64,000 bases of DNA. It comes from a virus. Its lineage: Duplodnaviria; Caudoviricetes. The notes under the pieces were generated by a model. It made no database searches. It saw only the letters and a program-made list of their open reading frames with translations, and had not been told where the DNA came from. The stretch lies in the IMG/VR virus record IMGVR_UViG_3300021387_000147, one strand, 5' to 3'. Shown in pieces: positions 49,460 to 59,369 of the stretch. The first letter of the stretch is position 1, and the number at the start of each line of letters is the position of its first letter. A program made the translations under genes and the position numbers.

Positions 49460-49532
49460 TACATAAGAAAATTTGATTGAAAAATCAGAAAAGGGGTTGC
49501 AAAAGCAACCTCTTTTTGTTATATTTAGACAC

Positions 49533-50405
49533 ATGAATATAACAGATAAAAATCTCAAAGTATTAAATATAACACATTTCGATATGGATGGTGCTTGCTG
49601 CCATATCATTCTAAAAAATTATTATAAAACAGTGACTGCATTGCCAATCACTTATCAGTCAGAAAAAACTTTATTTGCAAAAGCTACTGAAGAAATAAAC
49701 AAGGAACATTATGACCTAATTATTTGCACAGATTTCTATCCAGAAATTGCATATAAAGATTTGACCACATTGAAAGTTCCAATGATTGTTCTTGATCACC
49801 ATGAAAGTGCCAAGAAATTTCATAATGGAAAGACCATCGTCATAAATACGCAGAATAGCGCTTCTAGGCTCGTCTTTGATTTGTATAATAAGTTGAGCGA
49901 TCTAAGTCATTTAGAAGACCTGGTGAACATTGTGGACGATTTTGACATGTATAAGAAGAAAGATGTAAGGTCACCAGAGTTCAATAAGATTTTCTGGGAA
50001 ATGAATTTCAAATGGTTTGTCAGACGTTTCATTAATGGAAATACAAAGCTGTCAGAAGAAGAAATTCTATTCTTGAAGGAATCTATGAAGGCTGTTGATA
50101 AAATCTATAATAACATTGAAATCACTACATTACCACATAAGGGTGTTTTCTTTATCTTAGATTATTATCAGTATGAAATAACAGAACGTCTAAAGAAAGA
50201 TGGTTATAAATGGTTTATTATTTTGAATAAGAACAATCTTTCAATTCGTTCTAATGATGTAGATTTGTTGCCAATTATAAATAAGGTTGGCCGGGGTGGA
50301 GGTCACAAAAATGCAGTAGGTATTGCATTGAATTGGCAAGAAGACCCTAAATTCTTAGTAAATAAAATAATTAAATCATTCAATGAAATTTATCCAGCTT
50401 ATTAA
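49533..50405 (+). CDS. DHH-family phosphoesterase
   Basis: THFDMDG, CTD, LDHH, GGGHKNAVG. Confidence 0.88.
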   Translation: MNITDKNLKVLNITHFDMDGACCHIILKNYYKTVTALPITYQSEKTLFAKATEEINKEHYDLIICTDFYPEIAYKDLTTLKVPMIVLDHHESAKKFHNGKTIVINTQNSASRLVFDLYNKLSDLSHLEDLVNIVDDFDMYKKKDVRSPEFNKIFWEMNFKWFVRRFINGNTKLSEEEILFLKESMKAVDKIYNNIEITTLPHKGVFFILDYYQYEITERLKKDGYKWFIILNKNNLSIRSNDVDLLPIINKVGRGGGHKNAVGIALNWQEDPKFLVNKIIKSFNEIYPAY

Positions 50406-51237
50406 ATCACAATTTGATAATAAAATGAAACAAGTAGAAGTCAATAGAGACGTTCTACTTCATTTAAAAAAGAGTATAGAACATCCATTGTTAGTTGAAG
50501 ATAAAAACTATATTCCACAATGGAAGTTTTGCTCTGTTATCGGTGATAAAAGATGTAATGAGAACATGGATAAAACAGATATTCTAATGTTAGATTACGA
50601 TGATAGTAATATGACAATAGATGAATTCAAGAATAGATTTAGAGAATATAAGTTTATTCTACATACAAGTTATTCTTATGATGGTGTAAAACAAAAGTTC
50701 AGAGTATTATTGTTCTTAGATAAAGAATATGTTATCGATAGAATGTTTTATAAATGTTCTGAAAGAGTTTATAGTCCATATCATTACTTGATGGATAGAT
50801 TTGATTATATTGATCCAGCATCATTTGTCAAATCACAATTCTTTAAGGTACCAGCAATTAAAACAAAAGATAGTCCTTATTATTGTTATTTCAATATGGG
50901 AAAATGTTTTAATTTGTTTGATATTGAAGGATATAAGATTGCTTATGATGAATGTTATATTAAACAAGAAGAATATCTAAGAAAGTTAGAAAAAGAATAC
51001 GAGAGATTTAGAAAGAAAAATCAAGGTGATTTGACTAAAGCTAAAGAATACGTTGAAAAGAAAATTGACTCAACACCAGAAGGTCAGAGACACAATTGTA
51101 TTTTTGGTTTAGCCGCATGGTGGAAACATATTGGTGGATCTTATTCAGAATTTGCAAGCATTATTCCTGGATGGGCAGATAAACAATATCATAAGCAAAT
51201 CACACGTTTAGCAACAGAATGGGCAAGGATTAGATAA
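50383..51237 (+). CDS. Putative AEP-type primase/primase-polymerase with PriCT-like tail
   Basis: MLDYDD, LHTSYS, KFRVLL motifs; C-terminal GQRHNCIFGLA. Confidence 0.6.
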   Translation: MKFIQLIKSQFDNKMKQVEVNRDVLLHLKKSIEHPLLVEDKNYIPQWKFCSVIGDKRCNENMDKTDILMLDYDDSNMTIDEFKNRFREYKFILHTSYSYDGVKQKFRVLLFLDKEYVIDRMFYKCSERVYSPYHYLMDRFDYIDPASFVKSQFFKVPAIKTKDSPYYCYFNMGKCFNLFDIEGYKIAYDECYIKQEEYLRKLEKEYERFRKKNQGDLTKAKEYVEKKIDSTPEGQRHNCIFGLAAWWKHIGGSYSEFASIIPGWADKQYHKQITRLATEWARIR

Positions 51238-51689
51238 TGGATAAGTACGATAAAATGACAAATGAAACTTTAAATAAAGCATACGCTGATTTTCTTGAAG
51301 GTTTAAAGAAAGAAGCTGATAAGAAAAAGTCTTATGATTATGATTTAACTGTATCTGATAAAACATCTATGGACAAAGAATATGTAATTCCAATGGATTT
51401 AGGTACATATAAGCTAGGAACATCATCACAACGTTATTATGGCGATTATATTGATGCTAAAACAATGATTAATGGTTATGAAATAAAACCTGAATTGATG
51501 GATAAAATCAAGTCATTTGATGATTTTAATGTATTCTTAGAAAATTGTAAAAATAATGTAATTGAAGAAACTAATAGACAAAAAACTGCATCTGTCTTAT
51601 CAAGAACAATTGCAACTAATTATGATGAAAAAGAAATAAAATTATTAGTTGAGTACTTACAAGAAATGTTAAAAAAAGAGAGCAATTAG
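51237..51689 (+). CDS. Hypothetical protein
   Basis: 150-aa coupled ORF. Confidence 0.6.
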   Translation: MDKYDKMTNETLNKAYADFLEGLKKEADKKKSYDYDLTVSDKTSMDKEYVIPMDLGTYKLGTSSQRYYGDYIDAKTMINGYEIKPELMDKIKSFDDFNVFLENCKNNVIEETNRQKTASVLSRTIATNYDEKEIKLLVEYLQEMLKKESN

Positions 51690-52528
51690 CTCTCTTTTCT
51701 ATTATCTAAGTATTTTGTTAATATATCTGAAAAATCATAACATCTAAATATATCAGGTTCTGTACCTTCTTTGGGGAGTTGTATCAATACCAACTCTCCT
51801 ATTTTTATATTTGGACAATGTTTTTCTAAAATAGCTTTATATGTTGATAACTGAATTGAATACTCAGTACAATTACATGCTGGATAAACAGAGAATGGTT
51901 CTTTTAATGTTTCACCATATTTGTTTTCTCTTGTGAATTCTTTAGATGTTTTCCAGTCAAGAATAGCATAACACTTCTTGATTTTATTCCATGCTAAGAA
52001 GTCAATTGTTCCACAAAGTTTCCAGTCTCGATCATATACAATGTATTCATTCTTTACAGGAACATACATCTTTTTTAGAGAATTAAAGATTTCTTTACAC
52101 TTAGCTTTACGATATTCAAAATCTTCAATCATTCCTGGATATAAAGCCATTTTATCTTTATGACCTTCGTAATCTTTATTTTGCCATAAGTATTCCATTA
52201 CAGCATGAACTTCAGTTCCTAAGATTTTTGCATAATCACCAGATTTATTCCATTCTTTTCTTAGAGATGGAGCTAATTTCTTTGATTCAATCTTAGCCAT
52301 TGCAATTACTTGGTCTTTCTTCAATTTAGGATTTGCTGCAGCAATTGCGGCTTTTGCTTTATTGAATGCTGACTTTTCTGCAATTAAATTCCAATCTTTT
52401 TCTTTTTCAAATTGGCCACAAAAAGTAGTCACTGAAGTATATTGTGTACCTACACTATCTGTATAAGTATGTGGTCCTTCTTCGAAATAAATGTCGTTGA
52501 AGGCTTCCCATAGTTCATTAAATATCAT
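51686..52528 (-). CDS. PD-(D/E)XK exonuclease
   Basis: YTSVTT, GTEVH, E..GTIDF..ILDWKT, YSIQLSTY. Confidence 0.85.
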   Translation of the reverse strand: MIFNELWEAFNDIYFEEGPHTYTDSVGTQYTSVTTFCGQFEKEKDWNLIAEKSAFNKAKAAIAAANPKLKKDQVIAMAKIESKKLAPSLRKEWNKSGDYAKILGTEVHAVMEYLWQNKDYEGHKDKMALYPGMIEDFEYRKAKCKEIFNSLKKMYVPVKNEYIVYDRDWKLCGTIDFLAWNKIKKCYAILDWKTSKEFTRENKYGETLKEPFSVYPACNCTEYSIQLSTYKAILEKHCPNIKIGELVLIQLPKEGTEPDIFRCYDFSDILTKYLDNRKES

Positions 52529-52987
52529 TTAGTTTTCTCCGAATCTTATATCACCAACAGTATCATCAGTTGGTCTCATTGTTTCAAATTCAGGATTTAT
52601 ATTTCTGATTTCAATCATCTTATATAGTTTATCCTGTCTGTGTTTATATTTATTCCATTTAGCAAGACAGTCATTCATGTGTAGTCTATATCCATTGACT
52701 TTAACAGGGTCTGTCTCATCTTTACGTGCATTGATATAAGATTCAATATAAGTGTAAATAATATCCATTCTAGAACCACATTCATTTGCATCATTCTGAA
52801 TTTCTGGAATAGACTTTTCCAAATAATCCTTTATAGGTATTTCATATAAAGGATGTGGGTCATTAATAACATTCTGTTGTTCTTTCTCTTTACGGATACG
52901 TTCTTGCATTTCTGCATAAGTATTCTGTATCTGTTTCTGAATGAACTCTTTATCGCTATTATCTTTCTTTTTAAAAAAATCAAACAT
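52529..52987 (-). CDS. Hypothetical protein
   Basis: 152-aa coupled ORF. Confidence 0.6.
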   Translation of the reverse strand: MFDFFKKKDNSDKEFIQKQIQNTYAEMQERIRKEKEQQNVINDPHPLYEIPIKDYLEKSIPEIQNDANECGSRMDIIYTYIESYINARKDETDPVKVNGYRLHMNDCLAKWNKYKHRQDKLYKMIEIRNINPEFETMRPTDDTVGDIRFGEN

Positions 52988-53328
52988 TATTCACCATTAA
53001 AATTTATCAATACGATTTGTTTTTCTTTCTTTAATTTTGTCCATTCGTGCAAAGTTTCATCATATTCTTTTTGCAAATAGGTATAAGCATTCATATAATC
53101 TTCTTTGGCTTTTCCATATTTTTCTTTACCATAATCAGTCAAATGTTTTTGACATGCTTCATATTCTAAATGTTCCAAATATAATGCACCTAATGCACTT
53201 TGGTTTAATTGTAATAATCTCATACGGCAATCTTTCATTTTTTCTTCATTACGAGAAATAAGAGTATCGATTGCATGCGTATATTCTTCTTTTGTTTTAT
53301 AATCTTCAGGGTTTACTATGTATTTCAT
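52987..53328 (-). CDS. Hypothetical protein
   Basis: 113-aa ORF after TATATTTG promoter. Confidence 0.6.
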   Translation of the reverse strand: MKYIVNPEDYKTKEEYTHAIDTLISRNEEKMKDCRMRLLQLNQSALGALYLEHLEYEACQKHLTDYGKEKYGKAKEDYMNAYTYLQKEYDETLHEWTKLKKEKQIVLINFNGE

Positions 53329-53393
53329 GGAAACAAATATACAAAAAGAGGTTGTTTGAATAACAACCTCTTATACATTTTATTTCTAATTTT

Positions 53394-55034
53394 TTAATAT
53401 AGTTTTAGATATGGTGCTGCCAAAATTTTAATTTCAGTTCCAGTCTTTTTAACAATTTTAACTGGATAACCTGCAGCTTCAGCGAACAACATAGCTAATG
53501 TTTGAGGTTTGTCTATAAATTTCTGTGCAACTACCTGAGCAACAGCTGTGACTAATTCACCAATGTTTCCTGCAGTTCCATCATCCATAATCTGCTTAAC
53601 AAGATTTGGAATATTGATATTAGGACCTTCTTCACCCTTAATTTCTGATTTAGCCATAGGAATGTTTGCATTACCAAATGCTGGGTGACCTTTTTCACGG
53701 AATTCAGATGCAATTGATGAACCACCCTTAGTTCTAATATCTAAATTTATTTCATCAGATTCACAGTGAATATGGTCTTTATTAGCTAACTTCAATATAA
53801 TACCTGATGACTTACCTTCTGTTTCAATAACATCATCTTGTGATACTTCAGCGAAAGTATTCTTCTTCATATCTGCCTTTGTTCTTCCATGATATTCAAT
53901 GAAGATTTGTTTCTTTTCATTGATTGTAGGACCAACTGCAGTAGTTGCAGCTTTATCAAAGTTTGCTGCAGCAATAGTTGCTTCTGATACAACTTGCTTC
54001 AAAGAAATACCCATCAATTCCTGATTTACGAATGCATAATTCAATAGCTGATTATGTTCATCTAAGTCTTTTGCATTCATTACAGTAGTCATAATCTTTT
54101 CAGCACGTTGTGCATTGAAATACAATACAATATCAGACTTATCAATATTATCCTTATTAAATGATAATCTCTTCTTTCCTAAATATGCTTCTAGAACAGG
54201 AATAATTGACTTTGTGACTTTAGGACAATTTTTAGATAATCTATAGTGACCAAATTGTGCTTGACCCCAGTTTGCAATTCCTTTCTTGAATACAGAGTTA
54301 ATTAAGCCTTTAATATCAGCTCTCCAGATTGCTTCAAAAGAATAAATCCATGACTTTAAGAATTCTTCAAATTGGATTTTAAATGATTGAACATCATTTT
54401 TTGGAACACCAAATTCGATATATTTACATACACCAGTTTCTTTAATTGGATCAGATGCTAATAACCATTTGTACAATTCAGAACGAGTATCTTCTACTTC
54501 TTTACCACGTTTAATCAATGGTGGAACATCTTCTTTAATTGTATGTAATGCAGTTCCTCTAACTTTCATTGTCAATAATAGTGCAGTAATTGCTTCTTGA
54601 ATTTCAGTAGCAGCGTCACCCTTACCAACATAAATCTTAGTAGAAGTACCATCTGTTGCAGATTGTTTCAAATCTGATACGTGAATATTGATTACATTAC
54701 CATCTGTGAATGTAAATTCATAGTCTTTATTTGCTAATGTTTTAGCCTTACCAACTTTCAATAGATTTTGATAAGCTTTACTATTACGAAGTACGCAAAG
54801 CTTAATATCAGAAATAATATCTTCTGGACTATCTACTGTTTGAACAGCTTTATTAAAGAAACCATCTGCACCATTCATATTAGTAATAGGCATTAGCTTA
54901 CCAAATGCTGCTTCTAGTTCTTTAATATAATTCTTATTCTTCTTAAAATCATTCTTAGTGACTGTCTTTTCACCAAGATACAAATCTTCAAGCTGATTTG
55001 TTTCTTTTAACCAATCTGTAAAAAACTGTGCCAT
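53394..55034 (-). CDS. Late protein with capsid-targeting-like N-terminus, possible PD-(D/E)XK nuclease fold
   Basis: MAQFFTDWLKE; QE..KSDIVL..GISLK; TATAAATA 55053-55060. Confidence 0.5.
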   Translation of the reverse strand: MAQFFTDWLKETNQLEDLYLGEKTVTKNDFKKNKNYIKELEAAFGKLMPITNMNGADGFFNKAVQTVDSPEDIISDIKLCVLRNSKAYQNLLKVGKAKTLANKDYEFTFTDGNVINIHVSDLKQSATDGTSTKIYVGKGDAATEIQEAITALLLTMKVRGTALHTIKEDVPPLIKRGKEVEDTRSELYKWLLASDPIKETGVCKYIEFGVPKNDVQSFKIQFEEFLKSWIYSFEAIWRADIKGLINSVFKKGIANWGQAQFGHYRLSKNCPKVTKSIIPVLEAYLGKKRLSFNKDNIDKSDIVLYFNAQRAEKIMTTVMNAKDLDEHNQLLNYAFVNQELMGISLKQVVSEATIAAANFDKAATTAVGPTINEKKQIFIEYHGRTKADMKKNTFAEVSQDDVIETEGKSSGIILKLANKDHIHCESDEINLDIRTKGGSSIASEFREKGHPAFGNANIPMAKSEIKGEEGPNINIPNLVKQIMDDGTAGNIGELVTAVAQVVAQKFIDKPQTLAMLFAEAAGYPVKIVKKTGTEIKILAAPYLKLY

Positions 55035-55113
55035 TATAATTCTCCTATGTTATATTTATAACACAAAAAAGAGAGGTCAGAAACCTCTCTTTAATTTAAC
55101 TATAAGGAATAAT

Positions 55114-57105
55114 TTAAGATTCTAATGATTTCAAATAACTTGCAAAATTCATTGATTCATTAGTTGAACCTCTTCTTGCATCAAATCCCTTAATTACATC
55201 AGGACTTCTGTTGAAATAAGAGAATGCAGAACGGTCAACTAATTTAACGAAATTACCATCAACATCTGATACCATAAATCCTTCACCATTAGTGTCCTTC
55301 ATACCAAATGTAGTTTCAACTTTATTTACCCATTTGTTAACTGAATTCAACTTAGTAATGAACTTATTTTTTACATCTGCTGCAATATACAATGCTTCTG
55401 CAATCTTATGTAGTAATGGTTCATTTGTTTCAATAATTGTATGTAAGTCTTTAGACTTGTCATCTAGAGAAATTCTCTTCTTATCTCTACCTGCTTTAGT
55501 CTTTAACTTTTCCAATCCTTGATATTCTTTTCTCATCTTACCAGTGACCCATTTATGTAGTTCATCTACGAATGTTTCTGGATCAATTAATTCTGATTTG
55601 TCAACTTTATTATTCTGTAATGTCATTACATAGAAGTTAATAAAGTCTGTATTATTTACTAACAAATCATAGTCAGCATCATTTACAATTTCAGAACATA
55701 GTGAATGCAAATCATATAGAGAATCTTCAATATCATTTGCTTCTTGATCTGATAGAGTCTGAACACCGGATAAGTTAGGTAGACGTGCATCTAATACGAA
55801 TGCCCATTCTGGAATTCCATTTAATTCATCTGTAGAAGCATCATTAGATTGCTTAACAGTTTGAACTGAACTACCTTTATAACGTGTATGGAATACAATA
55901 CCAATATCAGAAGCTAGAGCTTTCTTTGCACCATCAGAACCTACTGGTAATGCATAGACCAATGTATTTGGCTTGAAATAGATATACTTCTGACCATTGT
56001 CATCTGTATAATTCTTAATATCACCTTTAGTGAATAGTAAGTCACCCTGCCAAATTTCACCAGCTGGAATAATCTTTGCTTTAGCCAACTTCAATGCGGC
56101 TTTCAACTTAACCTTCAATTCAGGAGAACGGTCATCTGCTTCAATATCTTCATCTGAAGTATAAACCTTTGGTGTTGCATTGAAGATAGACTTTGTAGAT
56201 ACACCTGGACCTTTTAGACCTGGGAATTTTGTATACATTGTGATAGCTGGAGCACCATCAATCTTTACAGTAATTCCTGGCTTTTCTTTATCAATAGAAC
56301 CAGTTAATGTATCGAATACCTGATTATAGAAACCTAACATTCTAGAAATGTAAGCTTTACCCTTTAGGATAGAGTCTTCCATGTGTAATGAGTGAGTATC
56401 TTCAGTTAACATATTCTTATCCTTTATCATTGTTGATTCTTCTAAGACACCATTCTGTTTAGCAAATTTAACACATAAATTCCACATTTTATTTGAATAT
56501 CCGGTCATTTCTAAGAATGCTTCTTTATCGCCATTTCTAATAGCTTCTCTTACCTTAGTTCCAGATACTTCTTTATCACCTCTGTCAGTACAATATAAGA
56601 TTTCAAATTTACCAATGTCATTTTCATCTTGTAATTCGTATTCTTCACCAAATGGAACACAATATTTTCCATATAATTCTGCTCTATCTGGTCCACAAAT
56701 AAGAACTAAACGATAATCTGGGTACATTTCAGCATATTCATAAAGTGCATCTAAGAAGAAATGAGCTTTACTTGTATATGCTCCTAAGATATTATAACCT
56801 AAATCTTTACAACCAGCTTCAGCAATCTTAACCTTTTGTTCCAAAGTGAACATATTACGGTCATTATCAATTGGCTGATTTTTATAAGGTGAAACAATAA
56901 TGAAGTCTTCGATACCTTCTTGTTCACCTCTATCTAAAAGTCTTGCATGGCCATATTTACCTGTGAATGGACTGAAACATCCATAAATAACACCTAATGG
57001 TCTATCTCCCTTTTTATAAGTATAAACAGGAGAGTCAATATTTGCTCCCTTATCCTTTTTCCAAGGAGATTTTACATTTTTGATTTGAAATCTTTCCTTT
57101 AACAT
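55114..57105 (-). CDS. Fusion of HIGH-type nucleotidyltransferase and ligase-like (KxDG) domain
   Basis: GCFSPFTGKYGH, GPDR, VSGTKVR then HMED, TVKIDGAP, QGDLLF, FKPNT, EGFMV, VKLVDR; late promoter 57123-57130. Confidence 0.7.
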   Translation of the reverse strand: MLKERFQIKNVKSPWKKDKGANIDSPVYTYKKGDRPLGVIYGCFSPFTGKYGHARLLDRGEQEGIEDFIIVSPYKNQPIDNDRNMFTLEQKVKIAEAGCKDLGYNILGAYTSKAHFFLDALYEYAEMYPDYRLVLICGPDRAELYGKYCVPFGEEYELQDENDIGKFEILYCTDRGDKEVSGTKVREAIRNGDKEAFLEMTGYSNKMWNLCVKFAKQNGVLEESTMIKDKNMLTEDTHSLHMEDSILKGKAYISRMLGFYNQVFDTLTGSIDKEKPGITVKIDGAPAITMYTKFPGLKGPGVSTKSIFNATPKVYTSDEDIEADDRSPELKVKLKAALKLAKAKIIPAGEIWQGDLLFTKGDIKNYTDDNGQKYIYFKPNTLVYALPVGSDGAKKALASDIGIVFHTRYKGSSVQTVKQSNDASTDELNGIPEWAFVLDARLPNLSGVQTLSDQEANDIEDSLYDLHSLCSEIVNDADYDLLVNNTDFINFYVMTLQNNKVDKSELIDPETFVDELHKWVTGKMRKEYQGLEKLKTKAGRDKKRISLDDKSKDLHTIIETNEPLLHKIAEALYIAADVKNKFITKLNSVNKWVNKVETTFGMKDTNGEGFMVSDVDGNFVKLVDRSAFSYFNRSPDVIKGFDARRGSTNESMNFASYLKSLES

Positions 57106-57141
57106 TATATTACTCCTTGATTTATTTATAATAAATATATT

Positions 57142-57963
57142 ATGATACTAGATGAAGACAATATAAATCTGCATCGTGCAAAAGATAATAAAGATGATGA
57201 ATTTTATACTCATCTTAAAGATGTAGAAAAAGAAATGAAGAACTATAATTTCTCTGGAAAGATAGTATATTGTTGTTGTGACAATCCTGAATGGTCAAAC
57301 ATTTACAAATACTTCCATGATAATTTTAGTTCTTTAGGTTTACGTGGATTAATTTCATCTCATTATGATCCAAATGGAACATATTATAGTACATTTGATG
57401 GTGAAGAATTTAAGAAATATCCTTTAAAAGGCAATGGAGATTGCACATCTAGAGAATGTCAGAATTTAGCTAAGAAAGCAGATGTAATTGTGACAAATCC
57501 ACCATTTTCTATTTTTGGTAAAATAGTCAGTGTTTATAAAGATATGCCATTTATTATGTTATGCACAAAAATAAAAATGGCTACAAATTCTATTTGTTGG
57601 AATCTTTATATGAGTAAAGATTTGAGATATGGATATACAACAGTAGGTAAATTCTATAGACCAAATGGAGAAAAGGATAAAGAAGTAGGATGTATTTGGT
57701 ATACTAATTTACCAGTCCATAAAAAATATAGAGGATTGAATATTGTAGAATTGGATGATACATTTCAGAAATATGATAATTATGATGCTTATGAAGCAAG
57801 AATAAATGCAATTCCAGATACAGATGAGTTAATAGGAATTCCAGTCACTTCATTAACAGTTCTTGATCCTAATAATTTACCATTTGAGATTGTTGATAAG
57901 AGTGGTAAATTAAAATTAAATGGAAAAGATAAGTTTGAGCGTATAATAGTCAAACTCAAATAG
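57142..57963 (+). CDS. Adenine-specific DNA methyltransferase, EcoRI-family-like
   Basis: AK..KDDEFYT, KIVYCCCD, L.GNGD..S.EC, ADVIVTNPPFS, KYDNYDA. Confidence 0.85.
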   Translation: MILDEDNINLHRAKDNKDDEFYTHLKDVEKEMKNYNFSGKIVYCCCDNPEWSNIYKYFHDNFSSLGLRGLISSHYDPNGTYYSTFDGEEFKKYPLKGNGDCTSRECQNLAKKADVIVTNPPFSIFGKIVSVYKDMPFIMLCTKIKMATNSICWNLYMSKDLRYGYTTVGKFYRPNGEKDKEVGCIWYTNLPVHKKYRGLNIVELDDTFQKYDNYDAYEARINAIPDTDELIGIPVTSLTVLDPNNLPFEIVDKSGKLKLNGKDKFERIIVKLK

Positions 57964-57984
57964 AAAATTAGAAATAGATTAATG

Positions 57985-58022
57985 ACAGTAAGTTTACGAC
58001 TTACTGTTTTTTTATATATTTG
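57985..58022 (+). promoter_or_regulatory. Terminator hairpin overlapping early-type promoter
   Basis: ACAGTAAGT/ACTTACTGT stem plus T7; GTTTAC 57992-57997, 17 nt, TATATTTG 58015-58022. Confidence 0.7.
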
Positions 58023-58028
58023 TATATT

Positions 58029-58889
58029 ATGAATAAAGTAGTTCAAAATAGAAAAAAAGTAATGTTATTCGACCTAAGCAATTTGATAATGCGGTGTCTC
58101 TTTGCATATCCGGTCAAGCCGCACGAAAAAGAATTCAAGGAATTTAAGGCAATCTTTATGCGCTCATTCCTAAAAACTATTAAGGATAATTGTCCAGATA
58201 AGATTATCTGTTGTATGGATAATACTTCTTGGAGAAAAGATGTTTCTGATAGTTATAAGGAAAATAGAAAGGCATTTAGAGCAAAGTCTATTGTAGATTT
58301 TGACGTCTTCTTTCCTATTTCTAATAAACTAATTGAAGCATTGAAAGACTGTGCTCCTAATATCCAGTTCTTGGATGTTCCTAAGTGTGAAGCAGATGAT
58401 TTAATTGCTGTTATTACACGTAGCAATCCTGATTGGGATATTATCAACATTTCTACTGACCATGACTTCTATCAGCTTTATAAGTTTCCTAACTATAAGC
58501 AATATGATGGTATGATGCATAACTATGTAGAAGTATTGAATCCTGAACATGAACTTATGAAGAAGATTATTCTTGGTGACAAGAGTGATAACATTCCTAA
58601 GTTAAAGGCAAGAGTTGGTAAAGTTACAGTTGCAAAGATTATTGATACAGGTGTAGATCAGTGGTTAGAAGAAAATAATCTTAAAGAAAAGTTCATGGAA
58701 AACTTTAAGTTAATTTCATTTGATTGTATTCCACAGATGTATGTCGAAGATATTAACGAAGCAGTTAAGTCATTCAAGCCAGGTAAATTCTCTGGTAAGA
58801 AATTTACTCAGTTAGTAATCAATGAAGGCATGACAGATATATTTGAAAAGGTCTCAGAATATATTGAAGTATTGAAGAAGGTTCAATGA
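58029..58889 (+). CDS. rnh: RNase H / 5'-3' exonuclease (T4 rnh-like)
   Basis: LFDLSN, SWRK..YKENR, EADDLIA, STDHDFYQL, LGDKSDNIP. Confidence 0.9.
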   Translation: MNKVVQNRKKVMLFDLSNLIMRCLFAYPVKPHEKEFKEFKAIFMRSFLKTIKDNCPDKIICCMDNTSWRKDVSDSYKENRKAFRAKSIVDFDVFFPISNKLIEALKDCAPNIQFLDVPKCEADDLIAVITRSNPDWDIINISTDHDFYQLYKFPNYKQYDGMMHNYVEVLNPEHELMKKIILGDKSDNIPKLKARVGKVTVAKIIDTGVDQWLEENNLKEKFMENFKLISFDCIPQMYVEDINEAVKSFKPGKFSGKKFTQLVINEGMTDIFEKVSEYIEVLKKVQ

Positions 58890-59362
58890 ACGATTACAAA
58901 CATTTGTATAAAGTAGCACTAGTAGAATATGCTAAGTTTTCTACATGCGACAGATTAAAAGTTGCTGCGCTATTAGTCCATGATGGTAGAATTCTATCAT
59001 GTGGATATAATGGCGTTCCATCTGGTGACCAACATTGTTGTGATAAATTTTCACATGATAATCATGGAAATTTTTACATAGACGGTGAACCAGTTTCAGA
59101 AGAAGTTTATAGATTTAAGCATCATGAATTTAGTGAAGCAGATGAAGTTCACGCTGAAGTGAATTGCTTGTCTTATGCTCTAAAAAATCATGTAGATGTT
59201 AGTAAATGCACATTGGTAGTATCAATTGCTCCATGTTCAAACTGTGCTAAGTTTATTCTAGCATCTGGAATTAAGACAGTTTATTACGTAGATTTATATG
59301 ATAGATCTGACGCAGGTATTGAGTTTTTAAAGAAACATAACATTAAAGTAGAAAAAATATAA
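58886..59362 (+). CDS. cd: dCMP deaminase
   Basis: STCDRLKVAA, GYNG, HAEVN, PCSNC. Confidence 0.92.
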   Translation: MNDYKHLYKVALVEYAKFSTCDRLKVAALLVHDGRILSCGYNGVPSGDQHCCDKFSHDNHGNFYIDGEPVSEEVYRFKHHEFSEADEVHAEVNCLSYALKNHVDVSKCTLVVSIAPCSNCAKFILASGIKTVYYVDLYDRSDAGIEFLKKHNIKVEKI

Positions 59363-59369
59363 GGAAAAT

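Noticed and set aside
51686-52528. Cas4 of a CRISPR system
   Set aside because: No four-Cys cluster pattern or other cas genes; generic phage PD-(D/E)XK exonuclease
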